Positions 51,071-64,000 of a DNA stretch of 64,000 nucleotides are shown one piece after another (position 1 is the first letter of the stretch; each line of letters starts with the position of its first letter). Position numbers and translations under genes: made by a program. The stretch is from Mytilus trossulus (Eukaryota), in assembly GCF_036588685.1 (NCBI RefSeq), contig NC_086380.1:74896001-74960000 (forward strand). The letters are read 5' to 3'. Below the pieces are notes generated by a model. The model did no database searches. It was not told the DNA's origin and worked only from the letters and a program-made list of their open reading frames with translations.

Positions 51071-53979
51071 AATTCGTAGCATCTGTATATGTAGGTACGG
51101 ATGTTTTACTTGTTTCTAACAGTACAGCTTTCACATAGTTTTACATTCAACCTAGTTTGACATTAGTGTTATACAAATTTCGAAACAAATCAACAATATA
51201 TACGCTTTACTATTACTACTGCTTAACACTTTACTACCAAAAGACGTTTAAAAAAATGTTTTCGACAAATGATTAAATTTTAGATCTAAAAAAACATCTT
51301 TCAATCTTACTTGTAACGTATCGAAGTAATATTCCAAATTAAAATTTGGTCAAAGTCACTGTTATTTAACAGCTGTTTAAACATTTTAAATTTGCACGTT
51401 AAAGATAAACAAGTCAATATAAAGTCATAATGCGCGAAAAAAAATATAAAATAAGTTTTCAATGTAAAAACAAAAGATTTTTTTTATAAATTCAAGTATA
51501 TATATTTGTAGGAGAAACACGCTATCTGAATGTAACTCTGCATTTTCCTTAAAATTTTGCTTTTACCTTTGATCCTGAAAAAAGTTACCATTGCGGACAA
51601 CGACGACAACGGTAATTCGATGAGGTTTGATCTCCACTTTCCAATGATATAAAGATAGCCCGTTGTTATTCCGTAAACCAAAATCAATCATATTCGTTGA
51701 TTGGGCACACTACTATGATACAACTGCATACCAAATACCATTTCATTATCATAATTCGTTCCCTTCAAATAAACCTAAACACGAACATTTGCTTGTAAAC
51801 TATGTTCAAGTTTCAAAGTCAATGAACCATGAAGAGGGGGTGGAACTATATAATTTCAATGTTTACCATACTCAATCTCCGGCGCAGAGATCACATATCC
51901 GTTCCGTTCAATACTACGTAACACTACACTCAATATGACCTCTGCCATACCTTTTTTGGCGTACGTTTTCTTCTCAATCTCTAAACAAAAATGAAATGCC
52001 TATGATGACTTGTTTTATCAAAATTTATCAATCAATCTTCAATTTTAAAAGAATAACAAAAGTTTTAATGAAATTTAATTAAAAAAATTATATTTATCAA
52101 ATAAAAGCTGATTGTCGCACTTCTGTTATAGATTGTATTTCCTGTCAAATTATGTAAACAAAGTAGTCTGCAAAGGGATTATTTTTATTTCTGTAGCGAT
52201 GTTTTTTATACATATTTCACTTTTTTATGGATTTCTTCTTCGATTTAAATAATTTGATATGTCTTGCAATGCTTGTTATACCACAAATTCGTGGAGATTT
52301 CATTCCTTGAAATCTGACCTTTTTTCTTTTTTCGACAAATTTACAAAGAATTTTGTATCAGTTTACATTCCAACTACCAAAAAACAAACATTGTGTAACT
52401 CCTGCTATTGTACGTTAAAGAAATTGAAAGAGTGGAGTGAGAACATATACAGGTAACTCAAGTGCTTAAATTGTCTACATAATGAACATTTCCGTATACA
52501 TGTACACTAGATATATTATACATAAATGTCTTTCGTGAATTTGTAATCCATGACCATGTCTTATTAAATAATAATGATCTGGACCTCTGAAGTTAAAAGA
52601 AGTCCATATGAATAGCCCCCAAAATTAGTTTTTAATTTTTATCAAAAAAGCAAAATAAAAGGTGTAAAAAATATATATATAGTGCATGCAGTGGACCATG
52701 TTTGACCAAGGAACTAGCCACTAAAGACTGTTATTTATCAGTAGCTATGATATCTCTATTTAATATTGAAAACAACATAGCTTCAGATAATTATTAATTA
52801 TTCTTCAACTTGGTGTAACTGATATTCTTATAATCACATTCTTCGTAACATTGCAATTTTGCATGTTTGACAAACAGAACTTCTTATTTTCCTGACCAAA
52901 ATTGAGTGGAGGTTTAAGTAAATTATATAGGTAAGGGATTTAGGCATTCCTAGCTATTTAAACAAGAATACAATATTTTTTTAAAGATTTCATTGTTTCT
53001 TCACTTCTCTATGAAAAGATTGTGTAACTTATTGATGTTAATTTCTCCTTCCAGTTAAAATTGAAAGATACAAAAAATGTTTATCATATGAATTACATGT
53101 ACTTTATCTGTTGATTTTCTTGTAGAACTGAGAGAATTGATACATTTAGTGATCATGCTGTGTTTCAGGAACAACATGTCAATCAATTGGTTACTGAAAC
53201 AGGGTATGTGTAGATAGTTGATGAATATGCATGAAATGTGTTCATGTCAACAATTCAGCTATCACTACACAAAAAAAAGACTTGAAAATACTTAAATAAA
53301 TATTATGAATATTAACAAACTTTTATTGCACTTTTTGTACTTTTGACCTTTGTTTGATATTAGATAATTGGTCTCAATTGCCAATGATACACTAAGTGAC
53401 ATGATTGAAATCTTTTTGATTATTTAGCTGCTATTTAATATAAGACATAAAATAAGACCTTTATTGATCTCAGTAGAATATTAAAGATAATATTATGTTG
53501 GGTAGCACTCAATGTAACAATATATACAGTTGGACTATATAATTATTCAATTGTGAATATTGGTATATACTTATGTGCTTTCATCATGTTTATGTCATAT
53601 AAATTGCATAGTTCTAATTCTGATTTTAGAATTCCACCTGATCCACAGATAATTGATTGTTTAAGGAACGGTCACTTTGGTTCCATTGAGTAAGTAACTT
53701 ACCTTTATTATATATGTATACTGTGTGATTCATTAAATGCTAATTATTCATTTTTATAAATATAGTACAGGTATAAGAGATTTTTTATTTAAATTTTTCA
53801 AAATTTTAAAAGTTAAAACATTATAGAATATTTATTTAATTAAACCTTTTTGAATAATGAATGCACCTTTGCATTTTTTGTCATGTTTATTTCTAAGGCA
53901 TATATAATGAAAGCTGTATAATGTATATATAATTACATATGCTATGGTTAAGATGGCTCTACTAACAAAATTCTACTTA

Positions 53980-54215
53980 GGCCAAATGAAAAAGTATGTG
54001 TGGTTCCAGTTACATCTGAAAAAAAGTTAGGGTAGGTAGTTTTTTATTTTACGTTTTTTTTTTACATTGAGTCTATGGCATGTATGTGAGCAACATTCTG
54101 ACTTTAACAGTGCTTAATGAAAAATGACAATAAAATCTTTAGGGCAGGCTATTTTCAAGCCAAAAAGGTAGGGACGGTAGGGTTACTGGAACCACACATA
54201 TATTTTTATTTGGCC
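53980..54215. mobile_element. PIF/Harbinger-type MITE
   Basis: TIR ggccaaatgaaaaagtatgtgtggttccagttac / ttactggaaccacacatatatttttatttggcc, with TTA TSD at 53977-53979 and 54216-54218. Confidence 0.8.
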
Positions 54216-55475
54216 TTATAACAGGCTATAGTTTAAACTTGGAATAATTTTTAATAATGACATTTGCATAATACAATGTACATTTGATTAATTTGGCTGT
54301 ACAAATATATGAATCTAGTCAAGTGCTTGAAAAATTTGATAAATTCCATATTTATTTTGTACTATTATGTAAGAGAGTAGTTTTCAATAGAATGTACTGT
54401 GCCGCTCACAACAATATCTATACAAAATACAATGTATGGGAAGGGTCATGGACTGCTCAAAACAAATAAACAGAGAATTTATTCAAAAAGTAATACAAAT
54501 ATATTTGTTTGAAGTCTAGAACCTGGTCTATCACATACAGTTGGTCCAGCATGGGATGCTGGCAGTATAGACAAATCAGAGTAAGTAATTATCTGTAGGA
54601 ACTTTAGAATAAGTGATGTCAACACATTTCATATTATATTAAAAGAAGATGTGGTATTATTGCCACTATGACATGTATGAGACAACTTTCCACAAGAGAC
54701 AGATTGACACAAAAGAAATCACAGCTATAGGTCACTGTCAAGTCTTTAACAATGAGAAAAACTGTTATGGCTTAGTCAGCTAAAAAAAGACAAAGTAATC
54801 ACAAATGTAAACAATTCAATTGACAAAACTTATGGCCTAATCAAAATGCAAAAAATAGATGAAAAACAATTATGGAGCACAGCAACAAACAGCCTCATTT
54901 AAATTACAGGATTTTGGCTTGGGACATGAAAATTCAAACAGAATGTGGTTGGGTCGAAAATGTAACCAGGGACAGAGGTGTTACAGTACACAGTACATCA
55001 TGAACATGACAAAAAATATGGTCTACATGTCAATGAGATAGCTTCCCCCAATTAAAAAAACATTTAGAAGCAATAGATCCATATCCTGTGACATACATAA
55101 ATAACAAAGCTATTGAAATACCAATTTATATATGAATATGAACATGAATATAATATTATAGTTGATTGTTTAAAATGTAGTCTGAAAAGCAACCAACTTG
55201 CAAAAAAGTCCCAGGCACAAGGAATAATTGTAGGAAAAATGGAATATTCATCATTTATGGGAATCTGAAGAAAAAAAATATCACCTATCATTTTGTACTT
55301 TTTTAGATAATGTGAAATTACAATGAATTATGAGTATGCACATGTGGTTACATTCATATCAACAGTTTTATATAACTTTTTTCAGTCTAAATGACACAGT
55401 TATTCCAGAGGAGGATTGCATACTATCATCAGGAGTAAAAAGATCTTTTACAGAGTATATATCATCACACTACAG

Positions 55476-58400
55476 CAGGGATGGGGTAATCGTAATCTGT
55501 AATGGTAATCGATTGTAATTGATTACATTTTTTCAAGTAATAGACAGTTATCTGTAATCGAAGACGATTACTTTTCAATTACATTTCGATTACTTTAGTA
55601 AAATAGTTTGATGAAAAATAACCTATTTCAGAGGAAAATATGTTTATTATCACTTTGTAGTACTTCCCCAAAAATTATGCATCAACAATACTTGTTGAGC
55701 AAATGCCTTATTTCTTTCTATTGTCTCAAGCTGCATTATGAGTAACCAGATCCCCTACCTAAATTAACTTTATATCTAGCTTTTGAATGGATGTATGTGC
55801 TTGTCAATAATTCAAGAGCTTTAATATTTGAATAAGAAATAGATTTGAAATAATAGAATAGATCTTTAATAAGAAATGTGTCTGTCTTTCGTTAAGTTCT
55901 GTACTACATTTTTTAAAAGTAGTAAGCTTATTTGTATTAACTTTCCTGAAAACATCATTTTCAATCAGAGTTGAAATTAAAGCTTAGAATAGATAAACAG
56001 TTGATTTTTAAATGTTATGATATACATGTATATAAACTAAATTAAAAAAGGACACAAAATCCTTTTAACAATGAACCAATGGCAATGCATAGCAATTCTT
56101 TGTATCCCTTTAACACTATAAATATATTTTGTATATAATTTGATTGCAGAAGTTACAAATCTTAAAAAAATTTTGCCTTTACTAATTAGATGATCAAAGT
56201 CTTCTAATCAATAACAAACATACTTCCTAATTATCTTATGTCTAGTTAAGAAGGAAATTTACAATATTTAGCACAACTGCGCATGTGTGAAAAAAAGAAA
56301 TGTCGACTTTTCTTTCTCTCTTGAAAATTTATTTTAAAATGGAATAAGATGGACTAAAACGGAATTCAACATGAATAATTTAAGTGATTTATGTGAAAGG
56401 AACTGTTAAATTTCTATATGAGTCCAAAAAAGAAAGCCAAAAATCCAAAGAAAAGGAAAAACACGAGTGGTCAAAATGTAAGTGGTCAGAAACGAAGTAA
56501 AAAGACACTGAAATCAACTCACACGCCGAATGAAAACAAAAACAATGCAAGTCAAAATAAAACCGATAGTAATGTAATTGAAAAGGCGAATATGGACACG
56601 TTTAACGTTCCAGCTTATGATTCCCCAATGATCCAACAAAACAGATCACAATTCCAACAGTATGTGGTATCGCAGCATCCGATTCAAAATCCAAATTTCA
56701 CTCAACTTTAGCCAACACTACCAGCTGCCGGGTTTTACACAAGTACCCCACACAACTTACAACCTATGATGAATCCTAATATAGATGCAAATAATAAACT
56801 TGATATGCTTACCCATAAAATCCAAAAATCCCAGGGAATTTTGGAAATTATTTAACAAAGGTAGACAAAGAGAAAAAAAGCAATATATCTATTGAAACTT
56901 TATTTGATTTTTTCAAAGAATTAAATGAAAACAAATTTGGAGACAAGTTTGTCATTAATAATGATCTGAACTCAAATCTTGTAAATGAGACACTGAATGG
57001 TGTAATTACCCATGACAAAATTATTAAAGCTATCAAAAAGGAGAAAAATAACAAATCGCCAGGTGAAGATAAAATAATCAATGAATATGTTGCAAATTCT
57101 TTTGACAGTATGATTGATGTATATGTTAATTTGTTTAATCTTATTTTTGATACGGGTATCCTGCCGGAGGCCTGGCTTATTGGAAACATAATACCAGTAT
57201 TCAAGAACAAAGGATGTAAATTAGACGCCAAAAAGTATAGGCCTATTACTTTATTGTCATGCCTTGGTAAAATTTTTACATCTATTCTGAATGATAGATT
57301 GGGGGAATTTGTTGATGAACTTAATATCTTGAACGAAAATCAAGCAGGCTTCCGACATGGATACTCTACTAACGATCATATTCTTTCATTGTATGACTCT
57401 TTGAGTTGCTATGTGTTGAACGAAAAAAATTGCATTGTGCATTCGTTGACTTTGAAAAAGCCTTCGACTTTGTTCAAAGAAACTCTCTTTTGTATAAGCT
57501 TGTTTAAATAAGATAACTGGTAAATTTCTTAGAGTTGTAGAAAATTTGTATAAAGATGTGAAATCAAGAGTTGTACATAACAATGAAGCATCTGACATGT
57601 TTGTTAGTGATATTGGGGTCCGCCAAGGGGAAAATCTTTCTCCTTTTTTATTTTCTTTATACTTAAATGATCTTAATGAATTTTTGGAAAATAGTGATTT
57701 AAAAGGTATACATTCAATTACATCTGATATAGAAGATGAACTGGATATTTATTTTAAGATATTTGTCTAATTGTATGCTGACGACTCGATTTTACTCGCT
57801 GAGACAAGCACAGATTTACAATTACTTCTAAATAGTTTTTCAGAATATTGTGAAAACTGGAAACTTAAAATTAATATTAACAAGACAAAGGTTATGATAT
57901 TTTCAAAAGGTAGACCACAGAATAATTTGAAATTTTATATTAATAAAGAAGAGATAGAAATTGTTAAGAACTATAAATACCTTGGTGTTATATTCTCTAG
58001 AAATGCATCTTTTTTTGCAACTAGAAAATATCTTAGAGATCAAGCTACTAAAGCTATGTATTGTGTTATTAAGAAGTGTAGATCAAACCATCTATCTATA
58101 GAATGCCAGCTTGACATGTTTGACAAAGCTGTTTTAAATATACTTTTATATGGGGCCGAAATCTGGGGATACGAAAATCTTGACAATTTGGAAAGAGTAC
58201 CTTCAAGTTTTTGTAAGCATGTTTTACGGTTAAAAAGGTCGACTCCAAATTTTATTGTTTACGGGGAATTGGGAAGATATCCGATTTCTTTATACGTTAA
58301 ATTACGGATGATAAAATTTTGGTGCAACCTTCTTAATAACACACTTGATAACAAGATTTCGACAATGTTATATAAGTTGATATATATTAATTATAATAAG

Positions 58401-59736
58401 AATGGAATTGAAAACAAGTGGTTGTTATTTATCAAAAGTATCTTTGATAATTGTGGTATGTCAAACATTTGGCAAAATCAAGATTGTATCTCAAAAAATT
58501 GGATTATATTAAGTATTGAACAAAAGTTAAAAGATCAGTTTAGACAAGAATGGTTTGCAAATGTAAATCAATCATCAAAAGGTTTATGTTATAAATTATT
58601 CAAAACAGAACTTAAATTTGAAAATTATATTACAGTTTTATCGTTAAAAAAATGCACTGAAACTATGTACATTTAGATGTGGCAATCACCGTTTGCCAGT
58701 GGAGACGGGGAGGTGGCAAAATGTTCAAAGACAAGAGAGGCTATGTCACCTTTGTGAATCTGCTGACATCGGCGATGAATTCCATTATGTAATGTCTTGT
58801 CCTTTTTTCAAAAAAGAACGATATAAATATTTACCACACTATTGTTGTACAAATGTTAATATTCTTAAATTTAAAAATGTATTCACTACAGTCAATATTT
58901 TCTTGCTAAAAAACTTGTGTAGATTTATTAACTATATATCAGTGGAAGTCTGTCCTCCTGGTTAAACTACATTTATTTATGTATATTTCACACATGCAAA
59001 ATATGTTGTATTGTATATATTATCATCTCTGTAACTATGTTATTTAGTTAATGAGAATAAAGATCTATCTATCTAGCCCCAGGTTATACATTGTACTCCA
59101 GTGGCAGTTAAATAATCTGTAATTAGGGTGGTTATCCAAACAAAAGGTTTAAATCATGCATGTCATTATAAAAATAAATTTTGATCTTAAAAATTAGCCG
59201 AACTAATTAATTATTCTACTTTTGTTATATTTTCTTAAACATTATAATTAACTATGCTAAAATAATTTTTTTTTATAAAGAGTAAAAACAAAAAGCTAAC
59301 GTAAGTTAGTAAAAAAGCTAAATTTTGGAAAAAAAGATAGTTATGAATAAGTGATTATTGCAATGCGAAGACATCTTTCATTTATGTTGAAAGTCAAAAT
59401 TTCAAGATTTTAAAAATATTTCTAATCTTCACCAAGAGATTTTATCTAAAAAACTGCTATTAACTTATAATTTAGAAACAATGCTTTGAATAATGCATTT
59501 TGTAAAGTTCTTAATTTCCACTATACAAATGTTGAGCAATATAATTGTGTTTTTAATACTCATGTTGTTTTTTGTTGAAATGTTGAGGTATGTAATTGAC
59601 AGTAATCGAAAAGTAATCGATTGTAATCGATTACATACTAAAATTTGAGTAATCAATTATTAATCGATTGCACAAAAATCCTTCATGTAATCGATTATTA
59701 ATCGATTACATTTGTCAGTAATTGTGCCCATCCCTG
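55476..59736. mobile_element. Non-autonomous hAT transposon carrying a nested LINE
   Basis: Perfect 8-bp TSD CACTACAG (55468-55475, 59737-59744); TIR CAGGGATGGG / CCCATCCCTG; subterminal GTAATC/GATTAC clusters at both ends. Confidence 0.92.
56270..59075 (+). mobile_element. Internally deleted LINE (RTE-X/CR1-like): ORF1 N-terminus fused to RT-bearing ORF2, frameshifted
   Basis: Basic ORF1 start (56418), then NPREFWK, KSPGED, YRPITLLSCLGKIF, QAGFR, GVRQGENLSP, *LYADD, YLGV, YGELGRYP, PVETGRW...CHLC...DEFHY. The 3' end is aataaa plus (ATCT)n at 59057-59074. Confidence 0.88.
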
Positions 59737-59919
59737 CACTACAGCTCAGGTTGATTTTACTTTGTCCACTCTTCCACAGTGGGAATTGGCACTGGGTGGG
59801 CAAAATTCCAGCTTGTCCAGTCTGCCCACCAATAGGAGTGGGCATGTAATTTCTATTGTTTAATCAAAAGACAATTTTTGCAAGTACAATCAATTGAAAA
59901 AAGCAGATAAGCATTTGTA

Positions 59920-60078
59920 AATAAGGAATAACAGTACTGTTATTAAAGAGTTGTCACCGTTAATTGTAGATTTGACGGTCACAAATGCAGTTTTATTGGC
60001 GACCGATATTTGCTGCCGTCAAATCAAAATTGACAGTGGCAACTCTTCAACTACAGAACTGTTATTCTTGTTCTAATA
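59920..60078. repeat. Long imperfect palindrome (foldback/MITE-like)
   Basis: gaataacagtactgt...aagagttgtcaccgt...gatttgacgg pairs with ccgtcaaatc...acagtggcaactctt...acagaactgttattc. Confidence 0.7.
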
Positions 60079-62337
60079 CATTTAAAAAATAAGATATGTT
60101 ACAAGTTGAGAAAATGTATAAATTTGACATACAAAAAAAAGTCAGCAAAACGTCATGAATATTTTTGGCCTATAAATGTCATTGCTAAACGTGACGTCAA
60201 AGACTGTACATACCCTTAAACTAGATCATTTATGAGTTTGAATAAAGTTTATGCTTTCATAACTTTTAAATGCTTAGTATCTTGAAAATTTGATATGCAA
60301 TAGTACTTCTATTTTTCAACATATATATACTCAACTCTCATACAAATCTTGAAGACTTAAGTCAATGTCTATGAAATATCTTTTACTACCATTAAATGTT
60401 TATTTTTACAGTGACCATTCATATATCAACCCCAAAGGGCACAATGCAAGTGATTCAATTGACCATGAATAGTCCTGTAACTTGCACACAGAAGAGGATG
60501 AAGAAGATGATGAAGACGTCAATATTTTATGTCAGGATAGAAAAAAACAAATATTAAAACTACTCAATTTAAAGAGTAATGCTGCATATGACTACCCAAG
60601 GATGTTAAGGACTTGTAGTCAGACAGATCTTAGTGAAAAAGACATCTTCATGAGCATTATTGAAGAAATGAAAACACGGTATTATTAACATCATCATCAT
60701 GATGATCATCATAATTTTCTGCAAGCATTTCTAGGTCAGATTTTCTCAAAATGATTTTTGATATGAAATATGGAGATTTTGCATGATTTTCAATGAGACT
60801 ACTATATTGGTAGAGATAATTTGACTAAGATACAAACTACCTTCAACAATAAGCATAATCTTTACCTTTTAGCAAATGAAATAAAAAATTTAAATAAAAT
60901 ACCAACAGTCTAATACATACAACATCAATGATTCAAAATCACATGTGGCAGAAAAACAAAACAAATTTCAATTGATTTATTCAGACAGATAGTTATAGAA
61001 TTTTTAACATAAATATCTGCAAGAATAAATACTTCTTTGTAAGACATTATCCATTTAAACGTTATTTTTTCAAATAATAATTTCAAAAATTATTGTTCTT
61101 TTATCATGTTTATCTCTGAATTTTGAGGATGAAGATTGAATCATTATCTTTCTAGACCTGAAATCTATTTTGTGTACATACATTACCATTAAGAATACTA
61201 TTTATTTAATTATTGAAATTCTTTGAACTTATATTTATTAATACATTTGTACTTAAATATTTAATAATACATTTGTACTTAAATATTTAATATAAATTCA
61301 CTTGTATATTTGAATACCAATAGATGTCCACAACTGCTTGAAATACTGTTATCAGTATGTGTGAAAGATACGACAAAAGTTAATTTAAGGCAAATTAACA
61401 GTGTTGCTGTTGCATATTCATCTCTAATGTTTGCTAGAAACAACAAAAACTCTGGTATACAAAGATGTATTACCCTGTTAGCTGTTAAAGGAGATGCAAA
61501 TAATGAGGTACGAAATAATCATGGTGATGTAATACAATATAGTTTGTATAAATGTCATATAAGATACATTTTCTTCAGCAGGAGACCCAGTGATGATTAT
61601 TTAATGATAGGGGCTGATGTTATTGATGGAGTTTGGTTATTAAAAGTCGCACTTTGAAAATACAGCTGTTTCTCAAACCACACTTCTTTTGGGGAGATCT
61701 AAAATATTCATAAAAAAATAATTGTGTTTATATACTGGTTCCCAGTTCTGATCTGTATGTTGCATCTAACAGAGACATATCTTGGGAATGTTACCAGTAA
61801 ATATACATGTGCATATTGTTTATATTGAAATCTGTTGTAACCCTTCATTTGAGATACGGGGTAGCAAAGAAAATGAGTGTTAGTTTAAAATCTGAGAAGT
61901 TCAAGGCATATAAACGTTGAAAATATGCCGCATACCGCTGTATTTAGACCTTTGAGATTAATTGAAGTGCATATGAACTTGACATTCTTCGATAAGATTT
62001 TTTTCAAAACTTCATAGTAAAAGTGTTACAGTTTTAGCCGTAAAAGGAGTTCCAACGGAAATTGCATTCTCAATATTTACAAAAATGCAACCTAAATCTC
62101 AGTAAATTGAACAGCTTATGACTGGAATTGTACTCTATACCTAGATATTCTTATGTTTTTATGATTTTTTACTGGTATGCCACTTGTTTTGCTCCCTCAA
62201 TGCTAGTTCATCTGTAACTATTACTGCTTATTGCCTAATCTTTCCCTTTTTGCTGTGTCTCAAAATATAAAATCTGTTTCTTTATTCTATCACTTATGAA
62301 AGCAATGAATACAAATAGATTTTATGTTTTCCTTTAG

Positions 62338-62501
62338 GGCTGTTCCAAAAATAAATGTATGAGGGCACTTTTTATTTGACCCCACAATGCATGAATTTTT
62401 AATTGAAAATTTCCTTTAAATGGTAAAGTTATAAAACACTACCCATCAAATTGTATTTAAAGTGCCTTATGACCCCCATACAATTAATTCTGGAACAACC
62501 C
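62338..62501. mobile_element. Small MITE (Harbinger-like TIRs)
   Basis: gggctgttccaaaaataaatgtatg / catacaattaattctggaacaaccc. Confidence 0.55.
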
Positions 62502-63147
62502 TTCTTGTATACTGTAAATTCAGACATTGAACTGACTTATCCCATGAAAAACAAATATGTGTCTAATTAGATCAATTATTGGAAATTCTATACAAGTTGA
62601 TAATTATAGATATATGTACAGGATATAAGAAAACTAGTTAATTTTCTTTGATATATGGTTACCAAGTTGCATAAATCATAATCATTTCTGAATTTACAGT
62701 ATAATTTTGCTTCCTATTTAGGTTACAGCTTTACTTTCCTTTCACATTAACAAAATACATTATATGAAAGTCTGTATAAAATGGTAAATACACCTGCTGT
62801 ATGTTGGTTGGAATCCAACTGCAGACAAACCAATGTATCTTAGTCTAGCTAGCTATTAACACTTAAACTGTGAAATCATTCTTATGAGCATTTTGGTACT
62901 TGTAATATGAAAAATGTTATTCAATATAACATTTTCAAAATTCTTTTCCTATGATTCCATTTAAAAAAAATTAATTCAATGAAAAATTACCTTTTATTAT
63001 AAATTTACAATATTTCTGATTTTCTGATTTTCAACTATTACAAATAAGGACAAATACAATTTATTATTGATAAGAATGACTTCACAGTGCTTACTGCTAT
63101 TTTTGGTGAAGGTGCTTTATTAACTAGTTACAAATACATTAGTAATA

Positions 63148-64000
63148 ATTAGGGCCCCGCCTTTAGGCGGTTCGCCCTATAGTGATCAATCTGTCCGTCC
63201 GTCCGTCTGTCCGTCGTACCGTCCGTCTGTCCGTCCGTAACACTTTCGTGTCCGCTCCATATCTAGAGAACCATTATGATTTCATACTTAATACTTAACA
63301 TGATTATTAACCAACACCAGAGGGTGTGTCACGTTGTATGTACAACTTCCTAGGTCAAAGGTCATGGTCAAAAACTTTGGTTTCAGTTGACAGCCCTGTG
63401 TCCTATGGTGAAGATTGTGTCCGCTCCATATCTAGATAACTGTTATGATTTCAAAGTTTATACTTGACATCCATTTTAACCACCACCAGAGGGCGTGTCA
63501 TGATGTATGTACAACTTCCTAGGTCAAAGGTCAACGTCAAAAAAACTTTGGTTTCAGTTAACAACACTGTGTCCTGTGGTGAAGATTGTGTCCGCTCTAT
63601 ATCTTGAGAACTGTTATGATTTCAAATATTATACTTGACATCCATTTTAACCAACACCAGAGGGTGTGTCATGATGTATGTACCACTTCCTAGGTCAAAG
63701 GTCTGTCTGTCTGTTGGTCTGTCCATCGCTAACAAATTTGATCCACACTATATTTTGAGAGGACAGCTGTTATTATTTCATACTTTATACCTGACAAACA
63801 TTTTCAACTTAACATATATATTAATCAACACCAGAGAATGTGTCATAATGTATGCATCCTAGGTCTAAGGTCAGTCTGTCCATCCGTTCGTTGTTCTTAA
63901 CAAATTGTGTCCGCTCTACCTCTCGAGAACCGTTAATATTTCATACTTTAAACTTGGTGGGTCATAATATATTGAAGGCATAATTCTAAAAATATGTGAC
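63148..64000 (+). mobile_element. Second HINE-type element with (GTCC/GTCT)n and core repeats of about 170 bp, running off the window
   Basis: 5' hairpin ccgcctttaggcgg, microsatellite at 63192-63238, and units beginning gtgtccgctc at about 63248, 63417, 63588 and 63907. Confidence 0.8.

Larger units (their letters stand above)
52259..61507 (+). pseudogene. Multi-exon C4 zinc finger / DHxY / DUF6589-like (possibly transposase-related) gene, disrupted. Exons 52259-52452, 53126-53203, 53630-53689, 54515-54580, 55386-(TE), 60412-60678, 61324-61507; probably continues beyond the window
   Basis: Four consecutive phase-2 GT-AG introns keep one frame open (MSCNAC...CNSC...YR-TERID...-IPPDPQ...-LEPGLS...-LNDTVIP). 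Later exons give DHSY...DHE*(TAG 60470-60472)...IIEEMKTR-CPQLLEILLSVC...AYSSLMFARNNKNSGIQRCITLL. Family assignment is from memory only. Confidence 0.7.

Noticed and set aside
51311-51384. Minus-strand MFKQLLNN...RY exon with GTAAG donor as first coding exon of the STAND gene
   Set aside because: The donor is phase 2 while the next exon needs phase 0. It could only be a UTR exon.

Overview
AT-rich, repeat-dense animal genomic DNA with spliceosomal GT-AG introns. The repeat families and gene types suggest a bivalve, most likely a Mytilus mussel (recognised from memory, not from a database search). The ORF track misses most real genes because they are spliced. Reading splice sites by hand gives four loci: (1) a secreted Ig I-set pseudogene (+, about 9.2-13 kb); (2) an intact 4-coding-exon, 285-aa gene joining a PAN/apple-like domain to a VMO1 (vitelline membrane outer layer 1, beta-prism) domain (+, 23232-28368), enclosed by a large diverged inverted duplication; (3) a giant STAND NTPase (nSTAND3-like) plus ankyrin-repeat gene of about 3000 aa (-), with an 8.8-kb terminal exon and an upstream exon resembling the tail of a DZIP3-like HEPN domain whose catalytic exon is not in the window; (4) a divergently oriented multi-exon pseudogene with a C4 zinc finger, DHxY motifs and a DUF6589-like, possibly transposase-related region (+, from 52259), with a hAT element inserted in an exon and a LINE nested inside the hAT element. 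The remainder holds retrozyme-like repeats with type I hammerhead ribozymes, a Spy-like element inserted at AAA|TTT without a target-site duplication (TSD), Penelope RT remnants, an L1/Tx1 LINE with a twin-priming 5' inversion, Helentron-type non-autonomous elements (HINEs) with satellite cores, tRNA-derived SINEs, several MITEs and tandem duplications. No CRISPR array, rRNA or true tRNA gene was seen.
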